Source: a virus. Taken from it: a stretch of 37,402 nt of DNA. The position numbers and the translations under genes are program-made. The stretch lies in IMG/VR virus record IMGVR_UViG_3300045988_064538; one strand, 5' to 3'. Shown here piece by piece: positions 16,454-25,263 of this stretch. The notes under the pieces are model-generated. The model searched no databases, was not told the origin of the DNA, and saw only the letters and a list, made by a program, of their open reading frames with translations. How positions within the stretch are numbered: the stretch's first letter is position 1; every line of letters starts with the position of its first letter.

Positions 16454-17693
16454 GAATTTAGTTAGCCTTTTAAGAAATGAACCGTATAAAATCGGACAAC
16501 TATGTGGATTCAAAGATTTAACAGAATTGCACAATGAATGGTTGAAGATGATGATATACGGTGATGATGAATTCACGTTATTAGCACATCGTGGTAGCTA
16601 TAAAACAACGTGTTTGTCTATTTGTTTTGCATTTATCATTGTGTTATTCCCATATAAAACGATTATATTTGTCAGAAAGACGGATGACGATGTAATTGAA
16701 GTTATTAAACAGGTTAGTAACCTTTTGAAAACAAGCATATTTCAGACAATAGCATTAAGGCTATATGGGTGTGAAATAAAGTTCACACAAGATACATCTT
16801 TTAAGCTAGATACATCTTTAAATACATCTACAAAAGGTATGGTTCAGTTGTTAGGTATCGGTTCAAGCGGTTCACTAACAGGAAAGCACGCCGATATTGT
16901 AGTGACAGATGATATCGTAAACTTAAAAGACAGAATATCACGCGCGGAACGTGAAAGAGTTAAGAACGTTTACATGGAATTGCAGAACGTAAAGAATCGT
17001 GGTGGTCGTATATTCAATACAGGTACGCCATGGCATAAAGAAGATTGTATCGCAACGAAAATGCCGAATAAAATAACATACGATTGTTATTCGACGGGAT
17101 TAATCGATAGAGAAAAGCTAGAACAAATTAGGCAATCAATGACACCTAGTTTATTTAGTGCAAACTATGAATTAAAGCATATTGCGGATGCAGATGCATT
17201 ATTCACAAACCCTAAATTTACATCAGATGAAACACTTATTTATGATGGCGTATCGCATATCGATGCAAGCTATGGTGGTGAAGATGGCACGGCATATACA
17301 ATATGTAAATTTGTGGGTGGTAAATTCTATATGCTAGGAAAGCGTTGGAATAAGCACGTAGACGATTGTTTGAGCGAAATCTATGCATTACAAGATAAAT
17401 ATAGAGTTGGCTCAATTTCGTGCGAAAGAAACGCAGATAAAGGCTATTTAGCGAAGGAATTAAGGAATAACGGTCAATATGTCGAGGATTATTCCGAAAA
17501 CATGAATAAATTTATTAAAATATCGACATATTTACGAAAGTATTGGAACGATATTATTTGGCTTGAAGAAACAGATGCGGATTATATAAATGAAATTCTC
17601 GATTATACAGAGAATGCGCAACATGACGATGCGCCCGATTCAGCAAGTTGTATGATTCGTAAATTCAAAGGTAAACGAGAATGGTTATTCTAG
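16446..17693 (+). CDS. terL: Terminase large subunit
   Basis: Walker-A-like AHRGSYKTT, Walker-B DIVVTDD, coupling motif TGTPW, and C-terminal nuclease acidic residues (HIDASYGGEDGTAY, QHDDAPDS). Confidence 0.85.
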   Translation: MDKNLVSLLRNEPYKIGQLCGFKDLTELHNEWLKMMIYGDDEFTLLAHRGSYKTTCLSICFAFIIVLFPYKTIIFVRKTDDDVIEVIKQVSNLLKTSIFQTIALRLYGCEIKFTQDTSFKLDTSLNTSTKGMVQLLGIGSSGSLTGKHADIVVTDDIVNLKDRISRAERERVKNVYMELQNVKNRGGRIFNTGTPWHKEDCIATKMPNKITYDCYSTGLIDREKLEQIRQSMTPSLFSANYELKHIADADALFTNPKFTSDETLIYDGVSHIDASYGGEDGTAYTICKFVGGKFYMLGKRWNKHVDDCLSEIYALQDKYRVGSISCERNADKGYLAKELRNNGQYVEDYSENMNKFIKISTYLRKYWNDIIWLEETDADYINEILDYTENAQHDDAPDSASCMIRKFKGKREWLF

Positions 17694-17708
17694 AAAGGAA
17701 GTGAGAAA

Positions 17709-19142
17709 GTGCTAAAAATTTCAGAAATCAAACAATTTATCGATGAAAATAACTCATCACAGAAAAGAGCGGAAAGTGTAAAAGCTTTAAATTATTACGA
17801 AGGTAGACACGATATCAAAGATTATAAAATCTACTATACAGACGCTAAAGGCGATATTGTGGAAGATGAGCAAAGAAGCAACATTAAAATTTCACATCCT
17901 TTCTTTACTGAATTGGTAGACCAATGCGCGCAGTATATGCTAAGTGGCGACGATTACATCGTGAAGTCAGACAATCCAAAGTTGCAAACAGAATTAAATA
18001 AGTATTTTGATGATGAGTTCATGATGGAAATCAATGATTTAATTACTTACGCAAAAATTGAGGGTGATTCATTCCTATATAGGCAAATGGGTGATGATTT
18101 TAGAAGTCACTTTAAATTTGCGGATGGTTTGAATGTGGTGGAAGTTCCTAGCAAATACGCAAGCGATAAAAAAGACCATATTATTTATCATTACTATTGG
18201 AAAACCGAAAAGAACAACAAAGTAGTTTCTAAGATTCAAGTGTGGGATGATGAGCAAGTTTATTTCTATCAAATGATTGATAACACAATTAAGGTAGATA
18301 CAGACGAAAAGCTAAATCCAAGACCACACGTTGTTTATAAAGAGGACGAAGCAACGTATCAACAAACCTTTAAAGGTATTCCATTTGTTAGATTGGATAA
18401 CAACAGGCGAAGAAGGTCAGATTTATTCGTAATTAAAGATTTAATTGATGATTACGATTTAATGGCTTGTGGATTGTCAAACAACTTGCAAGACGTTGCC
18501 GAAGGAATCTATGTTGTTAAAGGTTACAATGGTAAAAGTCTTGATGAATTAACGCAAAGTATCAAAGTTAAAAAGCAAGTGTCGGTTGGTGAAGGCGGAG
18601 ATTTAGATATCAAGACGATAAACGTTCCTTATCAAGCTCGTGTAGCAAAGATGGAAGAGGACGAGAAAAACATCTATCGTTTCGGTATGGGATTAAACAC
18701 AAATACAATCGGCGATGGTAACACAACGAATTATAATTTAAAATCAAAATATGCGTTATTAGAAATGAAGTGTAAGAAATTAGAAGCTCAGTTAAAGCGA
18801 ATGATGAAATCAGTGATTACAATGGTTATTGATGAAATTAACGAGCAACAAGGTGCACAATTCAGTTATAGCGATGTATGGATTGAATTTAAACGTGAGG
18901 TTATGACCAACGCACAGGACAATGCACAGATTGAGCAAATCAATGCACAGACAACACAGATTAAAGTTAATACGTTATTAGCGTTAGCACAGACTTTAGA
19001 CAATGAAACAATTGTAAAAGAAATTTGTATAGCTTTGGATATTGATTACAATTCAATTAGAGATAAAATACCAAAACCGAAAAGTGTTGAAGAAGAAACG
19101 CAACAGGCTTATTCGGAACTAGATGGATTGATGAATGAATAA
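17709..19142 (+). CDS. Portal protein (SPP1 Gp6-like)
   Basis: 477 aa following terL. The N-terminal ALNYYEGRHDI motif is typical of SPP1-type portals. GTG start after aaaggaagtgag. Confidence 0.8.
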   Translation: MLKISEIKQFIDENNSSQKRAESVKALNYYEGRHDIKDYKIYYTDAKGDIVEDEQRSNIKISHPFFTELVDQCAQYMLSGDDYIVKSDNPKLQTELNKYFDDEFMMEINDLITYAKIEGDSFLYRQMGDDFRSHFKFADGLNVVEVPSKYASDKKDHIIYHYYWKTEKNNKVVSKIQVWDDEQVYFYQMIDNTIKVDTDEKLNPRPHVVYKEDEATYQQTFKGIPFVRLDNNRRRRSDLFVIKDLIDDYDLMACGLSNNLQDVAEGIYVVKGYNGKSLDELTQSIKVKKQVSVGEGGDLDIKTINVPYQARVAKMEEDEKNIYRFGMGLNTNTIGDGNTTNYNLKSKYALLEMKCKKLEAQLKRMMKSVITMVIDEINEQQGAQFSYSDVWIEFKREVMTNAQDNAQIEQINAQTTQIKVNTLLALAQTLDNETIVKEICIALDIDYNSIRDKIPKPKSVEEETQQAYSELDGLMNE

Positions 19143-20076
19143 GTATCAGAAAGAATATATCCAAAGTAACATACAAGACGAAGAAGAAGTGTTGAAGGAA
19201 ATCAAGAAAGCGTATAGAAAAGCAGAATCAGACATAAACCACAAAATTAAAAGGTTGATGTCAGAAATGAAAAAAGCCAAAGAATCAGATATACAATCTA
19301 AGATTTGGCAAATAAAATACCAAAAAGCATTGTTAAAACAGATTGAAGAAGCACTCGCAAAAATCAATGATTATGATTCAATTATGGATTATTTAGAAAA
19401 GTGTTATGAATGTGGATGGTATGGAGTTCTATATGATTTAGAAAAGCAAGGCATCCCGTTGATATTACCTATTAGGCAAGATGAAATGGCAATGGCAATT
19501 GTAAAAGAAACGAAATTAACAAGTGGAATTTACAAGAAATTAGGACTAGATAAAAAGAAGCTTGCAAAAGAAATCAATTTTGAAATATCAAGGGGTATTG
19601 CAAATGGTTGGTCAAGTATGCAAGTGGCAAAACACATACATGATAGATGTACAATCGGAAGAAATCGAGCAAGTTTGATTGCAAGAACCGAAGGACACAG
19701 AGTTTTGAATACATCTAGTTTTAATTGTCAGAAAGAAGCACAAGCAAATGGATGCAAAATAACAAAGCAATGGGATGCTACACTAGACGGAAGAACTAGA
19801 TGGAGTCACAGAATGGTTGACCAAGAAATAAGAAACGTTGACGAGCCTTTTTCTAATGGTTTGATGTTCCCATGTGACCCTAACGGGAGCGCTAGTGAAG
19901 TATGTAATTGCAGATGTGCATTGTTACAACGAGCAACATGGGCACTAAGCCAAAAAGATTTAGATAAATTAAAAGAAAGAGCGGAATATTACAAAGAATT
20001 AAATGAATCATTTAATAAAGATGAATCATTTAAAGACTTTGAGAATAGATTAAAAAAGATAGGAGCAATAAAATGA
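19135..20076 (+). CDS. Minor head protein (Mu F / SPP1 gp7 family)
   Basis: ARTEGHRVLN ... WDATLDGRTRWSHRMVDQ ... CNCRCAL is the family signature. Confidence 0.8.
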   Translation: MNKYQKEYIQSNIQDEEEVLKEIKKAYRKAESDINHKIKRLMSEMKKAKESDIQSKIWQIKYQKALLKQIEEALAKINDYDSIMDYLEKCYECGWYGVLYDLEKQGIPLILPIRQDEMAMAIVKETKLTSGIYKKLGLDKKKLAKEINFEISRGIANGWSSMQVAKHIHDRCTIGRNRASLIARTEGHRVLNTSSFNCQKEAQANGCKITKQWDATLDGRTRWSHRMVDQEIRNVDEPFSNGLMFPCDPNGSASEVCNCRCALLQRATWALSQKDLDKLKERAEYYKELNESFNKDESFKDFENRLKKIGAIK

Positions 20077-20399
20077 AAAAGTTAAGATTTAAAGAGTTAT
20101 GCCAAGACAAAAACACAGGAATGTATTACAAAAAAGGTGATGTTGTTGAATTTGAAGATGCAAGAGCATCGGAAATCATGCAACACAATGTTGCCGAACT
20201 AATCGAAACAAGACAAGAGGTTGAGCCTTTTGTTGAGAAAGAAGAAACTGAAACAGTTGAAGAACAGAAAGAAGAAGCGGAAGAAGTCGAAGAAACTGAA
20301 ACAGTTGAAGAACCAAAGGAAGAAGAACCAAAGGAAGAAAAACCAAAGGAAGAAAAACCAAAAAGAGGAAGAAAGCCAAAAGCAGAACAAGATAAATAG
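20073..20399 (+). CDS. Hypothetical protein with a Glu/Lys/Pro-rich repetitive C-terminus
   Basis: ATGA overlap with the minor head gene. The C-terminal half is EETETVEE / PKEE repeats ending in KRGRKPK. Confidence 0.5.
   Translation: MKKLRFKELCQDKNTGMYYKKGDVVEFEDARASEIMQHNVAELIETRQEVEPFVEKEETETVEEQKEEAEEVEETETVEEPKEEEPKEEKPKEEKPKRGRKPKAEQDK
20241..20365 (+). repeat. In-frame coding tandem repeats
   Basis: The 25-bp gaagaaactgaaacagttgaagaac occurs at 20241-20265 and 20289-20313, followed by three 15-bp units of accaaaggaagaa(g/a)a. Confidence 0.8.
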
Positions 20400-20410
20400 T
20401 ATTCAATTAT

Positions 20411-20445
20411 AAGCGCATAGAAAACAATTCTAGGCGCTTTTATTC
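20411..20445 (+). terminator. Rho-independent terminator
   Basis: Stem aagcgc(a)taga / tcta(g)gcgctt with loop aaacaat, then ttttatt. Confidence 0.55.
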
Positions 20446-20476
20446 GTTATATAAGTATTTATATACCAAAGGTATT

Positions 20477-20500
20477 AAAGGTGCTAAAATCGCCTTTTTT
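20477..20500 (+). terminator. Second tandem terminator-like hairpin
   Basis: Stem aaaggtg / cgccttt (one G-T pair), loop ctaaaat, T-run to 20500. Confidence 0.4.
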
Positions 20501-20617
20501 ATATGTCCGAAATGACATAAAACTACGTGAGCACGCACGTATAAAAGCCATTTACATTTTTTAGCCATCGTGGGCGAAAACACGTAAAAAAGCGTAAGGA
20601 AAAAGGAAGGTAAACAG

Positions 20618-21256
20618 ATGTTAGAAAAGTTATTAAAAGAGTATTTAGCGGATGATTCAAAAGTATCGGAATTCTTAGAAAAGATGAAAGAAAGCAAGAT
20701 TTTTTTATCGAAAGAAGAAAACATCGATACACGCTACACAAAAATGAAAGGTGAATACGAAGCAGAAAAAGCGGAATATGCAAAAGCTTTGAAATTAATT
20801 GAAACGTTAAAAGCACAAACGCAAGGTCAAGATGCATTGCAGACACAAATCACAAATTATGAACAGGAAATTTCCGACCTAAAAGCGAATAACGAACAAT
20901 TAAAACGTGAAAACAATTTAAAAGTTGCTTTATTAAGTGGAAAAGCAAAAGCGGAAGATATTGACTACTTATTATTCAAACTTTCAAAAGATGAAAACGC
21001 CGTTAAATACGGAGAAAATGGTGAAGTATCAAATGTTAATGAGATTATTGACAATTTGAAAAAAGCCTATCCATCGCATTTTGAAAGCGGAGCAAAAAGA
21101 GTCGTTGACAAAATCGACTTGCCGAACGATGGAGATAAGGATGTAAAAATCACAAAAGAGCAATTCGATAAGATGAATTACAACCAAAAAAATGAATTAT
21201 TCCAAAAAAATGAAGAATTATTCAACAAATTAGCAAATGGAGAAGAAGGAGAATAA
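20618..21256 (+). CDS. Scaffolding protein (phage GP20-like)
   Basis: Highly helical, charged 212-aa protein directly upstream of the major capsid gene. RBS aaaaggaagg upstream. Confidence 0.65.
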   Translation: MLEKLLKEYLADDSKVSEFLEKMKESKIFLSKEENIDTRYTKMKGEYEAEKAEYAKALKLIETLKAQTQGQDALQTQITNYEQEISDLKANNEQLKRENNLKVALLSGKAKAEDIDYLLFKLSKDENAVKYGENGEVSNVNEIIDNLKKAYPSHFESGAKRVVDKIDLPNDGDKDVKITKEQFDKMNYNQKNELFQKNEELFNKLANGEEGE

Positions 21257-21262
21257 AAAAAC

Positions 21263-22234
21263 ATGGGAAAATTAGTCACAAAGTTAGCAAACTTGATTAA
21301 CCCTCAAGTTATGGCACAAATGATTAGCGCAAAAGTAGAAAAGAAAGTACGCTTTATGCCTTACGTGAAATTAGACACTACTTTACAAGGAAATAGTGGA
21401 GATACTATCACAGTGCCAAAATACGGATATATCGGTGATGCCGTAGATGTTGCCGAAGGTGAAGAGATTCCAACTCGCCAATTATCAGTAAGTACAGAAC
21501 AACACACAGTAAAGAAAATCGGTATCGGTGGAATCATTACAGATGAAGCAGTGTTAAGCGGTTATGGAAACCCTCAAGGCACATTAACATCGCAATTAGC
21601 AACATCTATCACACAAAAGTTAGATAGTGATGTTTTAGAAGAATTGTATGGCACAAAAACATTCTTTACATCAACAGATGTATTAAGTTATGAAACATTA
21701 GTAAATGCTATTGATGTATTTAATGAAGAAGAAAACACAGACAAAGTAATGTGGGTACACCCTCATCAAGTTACACAATTACGTTTAGACCCTAACTTTA
21801 TTTCAAAAGATAAATATCAAGGTCAAGTAACGGTTGATGGTGAAATTGGAACAATTGCAAACACTCGTATCATCCCATCTAAAAAGGTTATGTTAGTTGA
21901 ATATGTACATGATGCAAGCGGTACAGAGGTAACAAGCGAAAATCTAAAAACATACGAAGGAAAAACATTCCCTAACGTAAAAGTCGGCGACAAAGTAAAA
22001 GCCGTTACTGCTAAGTACTATGCAAACCCTATTGTTAAATTAAATGGAGATAGCGAAACAGAGGACGATACAGAAGCGTTAACTTGTTTCTTGAAACGCG
22101 ATACAAACGTTGAAACAGAGCGTCAATCTAAATTCCGTCAAACAGAGGTCACAGGCGATAAAATTTATGTAATGGCAGTAACAAACGAGAAGAAAGTTAT
22201 TATTGCTAAAACATTACTAGCTAAAAGTGTTTAA
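21263..22234 (+). CDS. Major capsid protein
   Basis: 323 aa after the scaffold gene. The N-terminal LINPQVMAQMISAKVEKKVRFMPYVKLDTTLQGNSGDTITVPKYGYIGDA pattern is typical of Firmicutes siphophage capsid proteins. Strong RBS and a terminator hairpin after the stop. Confidence 0.75.
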   Translation: MGKLVTKLANLINPQVMAQMISAKVEKKVRFMPYVKLDTTLQGNSGDTITVPKYGYIGDAVDVAEGEEIPTRQLSVSTEQHTVKKIGIGGIITDEAVLSGYGNPQGTLTSQLATSITQKLDSDVLEELYGTKTFFTSTDVLSYETLVNAIDVFNEEENTDKVMWVHPHQVTQLRLDPNFISKDKYQGQVTVDGEIGTIANTRIIPSKKVMLVEYVHDASGTEVTSENLKTYEGKTFPNVKVGDKVKAVTAKYYANPIVKLNGDSETEDDTEALTCFLKRDTNVETERQSKFRQTEVTGDKIYVMAVTNEKKVIIAKTLLAKSV

Positions 22235-22258
22235 GCCTTATTTAATTAAGGCTTTTTC
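22233..22258 (+). terminator. Hairpin/attenuating terminator after the capsid gene
   Basis: Stem aagcctta / taaggctt, loop tttaat, then ttt. Confidence 0.55.
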
Positions 22259-22283
22259 CCTTTTATAAAGAAGGGGTGAACGT

Positions 22284-22835
22284 ATGATTATTGATGCAAA
22301 AGATTTATTGAATGAATTTTCGGATTATGATTTCTCAAAAGTTAACGAAATAGTATTGCAAAGACGATTAGATTCAATTGAACAGAAAATCAGAGCCTAC
22401 ACTAGAAACGGATTCTACTTAAAACCAATTAAATCAAGGTTTACATTCAACGGTGATACATTAGTACCATATAAAGATGTATTCGTTGGGTTTTGTATCG
22501 GTGATACAGTAGAAATTTATAACGGCGGAGTAAACAATGGATTATATACGATTAAATCCGTTCAAAAGAACTCGATGATTTTAGATAAGCAACTAATCGT
22601 AAATGATGCAATTATGAGTATTATTAAAATTGATTATCCTAGCGATATTGTAGAAGGTTGTGTGGAGCTTTTAAATTACGATTTGAACGTAAAGCCAAAC
22701 ATGAAGCAAGGAGTTGCAAGCGAATCAATTTCAAGACACTCAGTAAGCTATATACAACGTAATGGCAGTAATACATCGATGGGATATCCTAATGAGCTAT
22801 TAACATTCTTAAATCCGTATATCGAGTGGAGATAA
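22284..22835 (+). CDS. Head-tail connector/adaptor protein (putative)
   Basis: Position immediately after the capsid gene. RBS gaaggggtg upstream. No specific motif recognised. Confidence 0.45.
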   Translation: MIIDAKDLLNEFSDYDFSKVNEIVLQRRLDSIEQKIRAYTRNGFYLKPIKSRFTFNGDTLVPYKDVFVGFCIGDTVEIYNGGVNNGLYTIKSVQKNSMILDKQLIVNDAIMSIIKIDYPSDIVEGCVELLNYDLNVKPNMKQGVASESISRHSVSYIQRNGSNTSMGYPNELLTFLNPYIEWR

Positions 22836-22837
22836 AT

Positions 22838-23176
22838 ATGATAGGAATCAATGGAAACACAATTGCAACGATTCAAAAATTATTTACAAAGAAAAACGAG
22901 TACGGAGAAAAAGAACAAAGTTACGTTGATTTTAAAAAAATAAAAGGTTTCTTGGATATGCAGAGCGGTAACGCTCAATATAATTACAATGCGAAAATTG
23001 TGGAATCAACACATGTGTTTATATGTGAATATCAAAATTTAGATATAAGCGAAGAAAACTCACGCATGGTAATTGATGGCAAAGCGTATGAAATTACATA
23101 TATCGATAATCCTATGAATTTAAATTATCATTTAGAGATTTATTTAAAATATATCGGTGGTGTGCAAAATGTCTAG
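22838..23176 (+). CDS. Head closure / head-tail adaptor protein (putative)
   Basis: ATG at 22838 after gagtggag. Size and position fit. Confidence 0.45.
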   Translation: MIGINGNTIATIQKLFTKKNEYGEKEQSYVDFKKIKGFLDMQSGNAQYNYNAKIVESTHVFICEYQNLDISEENSRMVIDGKAYEITYIDNPMNLNYHLEIYLKYIGGVQNV

Positions 23177-23582
23177 ATTCTTTATTGATAATTCAAGTGC
23201 GGTCAAACAAGCGATTGAACAGGCGATACAAAACGGATTAGAAGAATGTGGTGGGGAGATTGAATCACAAGTAAAATCAAACACTAGAGTTGATACTAGT
23301 GATTTAAAAAACAGTTGGTATCACAAAACGGAGGGCGATGTATGCACTATTGGCTCACCTTTAGAAAACGCCACGTGGGAAGAATTCGGTACAGGTATAT
23401 ACACAAATGGCGGTAGACAATCACCATGGAAGTATGAGTACAAAGGAATAAAAGGTAGACAAGGTTGGAGAACAACCAAAGGTAAAAAGAAAAACCCTCA
23501 CGGCTTGAAAAATACCGCTTTTGGAATGAAAAAAGAATTAGAAGCACATATGCAAGATATTTTGAAGGAGTATTTGAAATGA
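23169..23582 (+). CDS. HK97 gp10-like neck protein
   Basis: ATG at 23169 after ggtggtg. SNTRVDTSDLKNSW resembles the vdTG.L..S motif of the gp10 family. Confidence 0.5.
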   Translation: MSRFFIDNSSAVKQAIEQAIQNGLEECGGEIESQVKSNTRVDTSDLKNSWYHKTEGDVCTIGSPLENATWEEFGTGIYTNGGRQSPWKYEYKGIKGRQGWRTTKGKKKNPHGLKNTAFGMKKELEAHMQDILKEYLK

Positions 23583-23941
23583 ATTTTCTAGGTGCATTAG
23601 ATAGGTTATTAACGAACAATGGAATTAATTACACTTTGGATTTAGTAAATGATATTGTTACTTTTCCTTTTTGGGAAGGTGATTTTCAAGAGGTAGATAG
23701 TTCGGAAGAACAAGGCTACCATGAATATTCGTTTACATTAACAGGAACGAACAAAGGCACATATTCAAGGTTAATAAAAGATTTAGAAATCATAAGAAAA
23801 ATCACAAGGAATCATACAGAAATATTGGAAAGCGGACATAGTGTCGCTTTTTTTTATGAACGTATGCAAATGATACCATCGCAAGATGAACAAATTAAGC
23901 GAATGGAAATCATAATAACAATAAAAGAATGGAGCGTGTAA
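23579..23941 (+). CDS. Tail completion/terminator protein (putative)
   Basis: Position immediately before the major tail gene. ATGA overlap with the upstream gene. Confidence 0.4.
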   Translation: MNFLGALDRLLTNNGINYTLDLVNDIVTFPFWEGDFQEVDSSEEQGYHEYSFTLTGTNKGTYSRLIKDLEIIRKITRNHTEILESGHSVAFFYERMQMIPSQDEQIKRMEIIITIKEWSV

Positions 23942-23944
23942 AAA

Positions 23945-24550
23945 ATGGGAGCAAATGCACCAATTGAAATTGGAAAAACACACAGTGTTACAAGTGAAAC
24001 CGCGAATAACATCATGTTAGGAAGTGGTGTCGTATGTTACGGATTAAAATACGCAACCGATAAGTGGACATATGACGGAGTTTTTGGAGCGACAAACGGT
24101 GGTTCTAAAGTTGAAATCAAACCCGAACAAAAGGATTTAGAAATTGATGGAATTTTAGTTAAAACAAAAGGTTTAACAGTTAAGGTGGGCGAAACTGCTA
24201 CACTTACAACAAACCTTGCAGAAATCACATCGGATAACTTGGCTATGGTTTCGACAGGAGTTAAGAAGAAAGATTCAACTATTACAGGATTTGACGAGAT
24301 TGTATCTAAACCTCAGATTGATGAAGAAGATTACATCGAAAATCTAGGCTTTATCGGATACACAATCGACGGGCAACCTATCATTATCAAATTTGACCAT
24401 GCGATTTGTACAAGTGGTTTATCTTTTGATACCAAAAACAAAGAACAAACAACAGTAGAAGCGACATTTGATTGTGTTGCAACATTAGAAGCGAAAGATT
24501 TAACAACTTTGCCATGGCACATTTATAAAAAGAAAGTAAGTCAAATATAA
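23945..24550 (+). CDS. Major tail protein
   Basis: 201 aa directly upstream of the chaperone pair and the tape measure. Confidence 0.6.
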   Translation: MGANAPIEIGKTHSVTSETANNIMLGSGVVCYGLKYATDKWTYDGVFGATNGGSKVEIKPEQKDLEIDGILVKTKGLTVKVGETATLTTNLAEITSDNLAMVSTGVKKKDSTITGFDEIVSKPQIDEEDYIENLGFIGYTIDGQPIIIKFDHAICTSGLSFDTKNKEQTTVEATFDCVATLEAKDLTTLPWHIYKKKVSQI

Positions 24551-24581
24551 GAGAAAAAAAGAAAGAAAAGAGGTATAAGAC

Positions 24582-24968
24582 ATGAACAATTATGTAATCA
24601 AACCATTTAAAACATCAAATATTTTTTCCGCAGTTAAATTAATTAAAGCGTTTGGAATCGACGAAGTTAAAGGTATCGTTAACGATATCGAGTTAGCGCA
24701 AATCACAGACAAAGAAGGAAACATTAATGCCGATAAGTTAGGATATCAATTAGTAATGCCGATTATCGAGTTAGTTGTCAATCATCTTGGTGATTGCGAG
24801 AAAGAAATTTATCAATTTTTGGAAAGTACATCAAGTTTAACAAAACAACAGATTAAAGATATGAAAGCAACTGAATTTATTAAATTTATGCAAGATTACA
24901 TTAAATATCAAAAGGATGATTTTTCAGATTTTTTCTCACAAGCTTCACAATTGCTCAAGTCGGAATAA
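24582..24968 (+). CDS. Tail assembly chaperone (gpG-like)
   Basis: Acidic 128-aa protein preceding the tape measure. Contains a slippery heptamer near its 3' end. Confidence 0.65.
   Translation: MNNYVIKPFKTSNIFSAVKLIKAFGIDEVKGIVNDIELAQITDKEGNINADKLGYQLVMPIIELVVNHLGDCEKEIYQFLESTSSLTKQQIKDMKATEFIKFMQDYIKYQKDDFSDFFSQASQLLKSE
24929..24935 (+). promoter_or_regulatory. Candidate -1 programmed ribosomal frameshift site T_TTT_TTC
   Basis: Zero frame reads gat ttt ttc. The -1 frame from this point stays open through 24977 to 25246 and would give a G-T fusion. Confidence 0.6.
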
Positions 24969-24976
24969 ACAAATTT

Positions 24977-25246
24977 ATGGACTTGCTATTTAAAAGATAT
25001 GCAAGTCCTTTTTCGCTTTTTGACGAGTTGATTGTGAACAATCAATCGTTTGATTTTATACAAGATTTATTAAACGAAGTTCAAGAAGAAAGCTATTACA
25101 GATTATGGCTTTATAAGGGTTTCGATAAAGATTATGGAGAATTTAAAGAGATTATCAGACCAAAAGAACATAAAAACACAAACATTGATGTTAAAGGAGC
25201 TATTCAATGCTCAATCGATGTTATGAATGAATTAAAACCTCAATAG
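24977..25246 (+). CDS. Tail assembly chaperone gpT-like extension (probably expressed as a G-T fusion)
   Basis: Lies in the -1 frame relative to 24582-24968, with no stop between the slippery site and this ORF. Confidence 0.55.
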   Translation: MDLLFKRYASPFSLFDELIVNNQSFDFIQDLLNEVQEESYYRLWLYKGFDKDYGEFKEIIRPKEHKNTNIDVKGAIQCSIDVMNELKPQ

Positions 25247-25263
25247 AAAAAAGGGGGTGAATC

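Noticed and set aside
20241-20365. Short tandem repeats that might be mistaken for a CRISPR array
   Set aside because: The units are 15-25 bp, in frame and directly abutting or spaced by coding sequence. There are no unique spacers of CRISPR size and no cas genes, so these are protein-coding repeats.
20176-20846. ORFs 20176-20406(-), 20199-20390(-), 20221-20412(+), 20440-20724(-) and 20523-20846(-)
   Set aside because: The first three are alternate frames of the GAA/AAG-rich coding repeats. The last two run antisense through the terminator region and the scaffold gene, with no start context.
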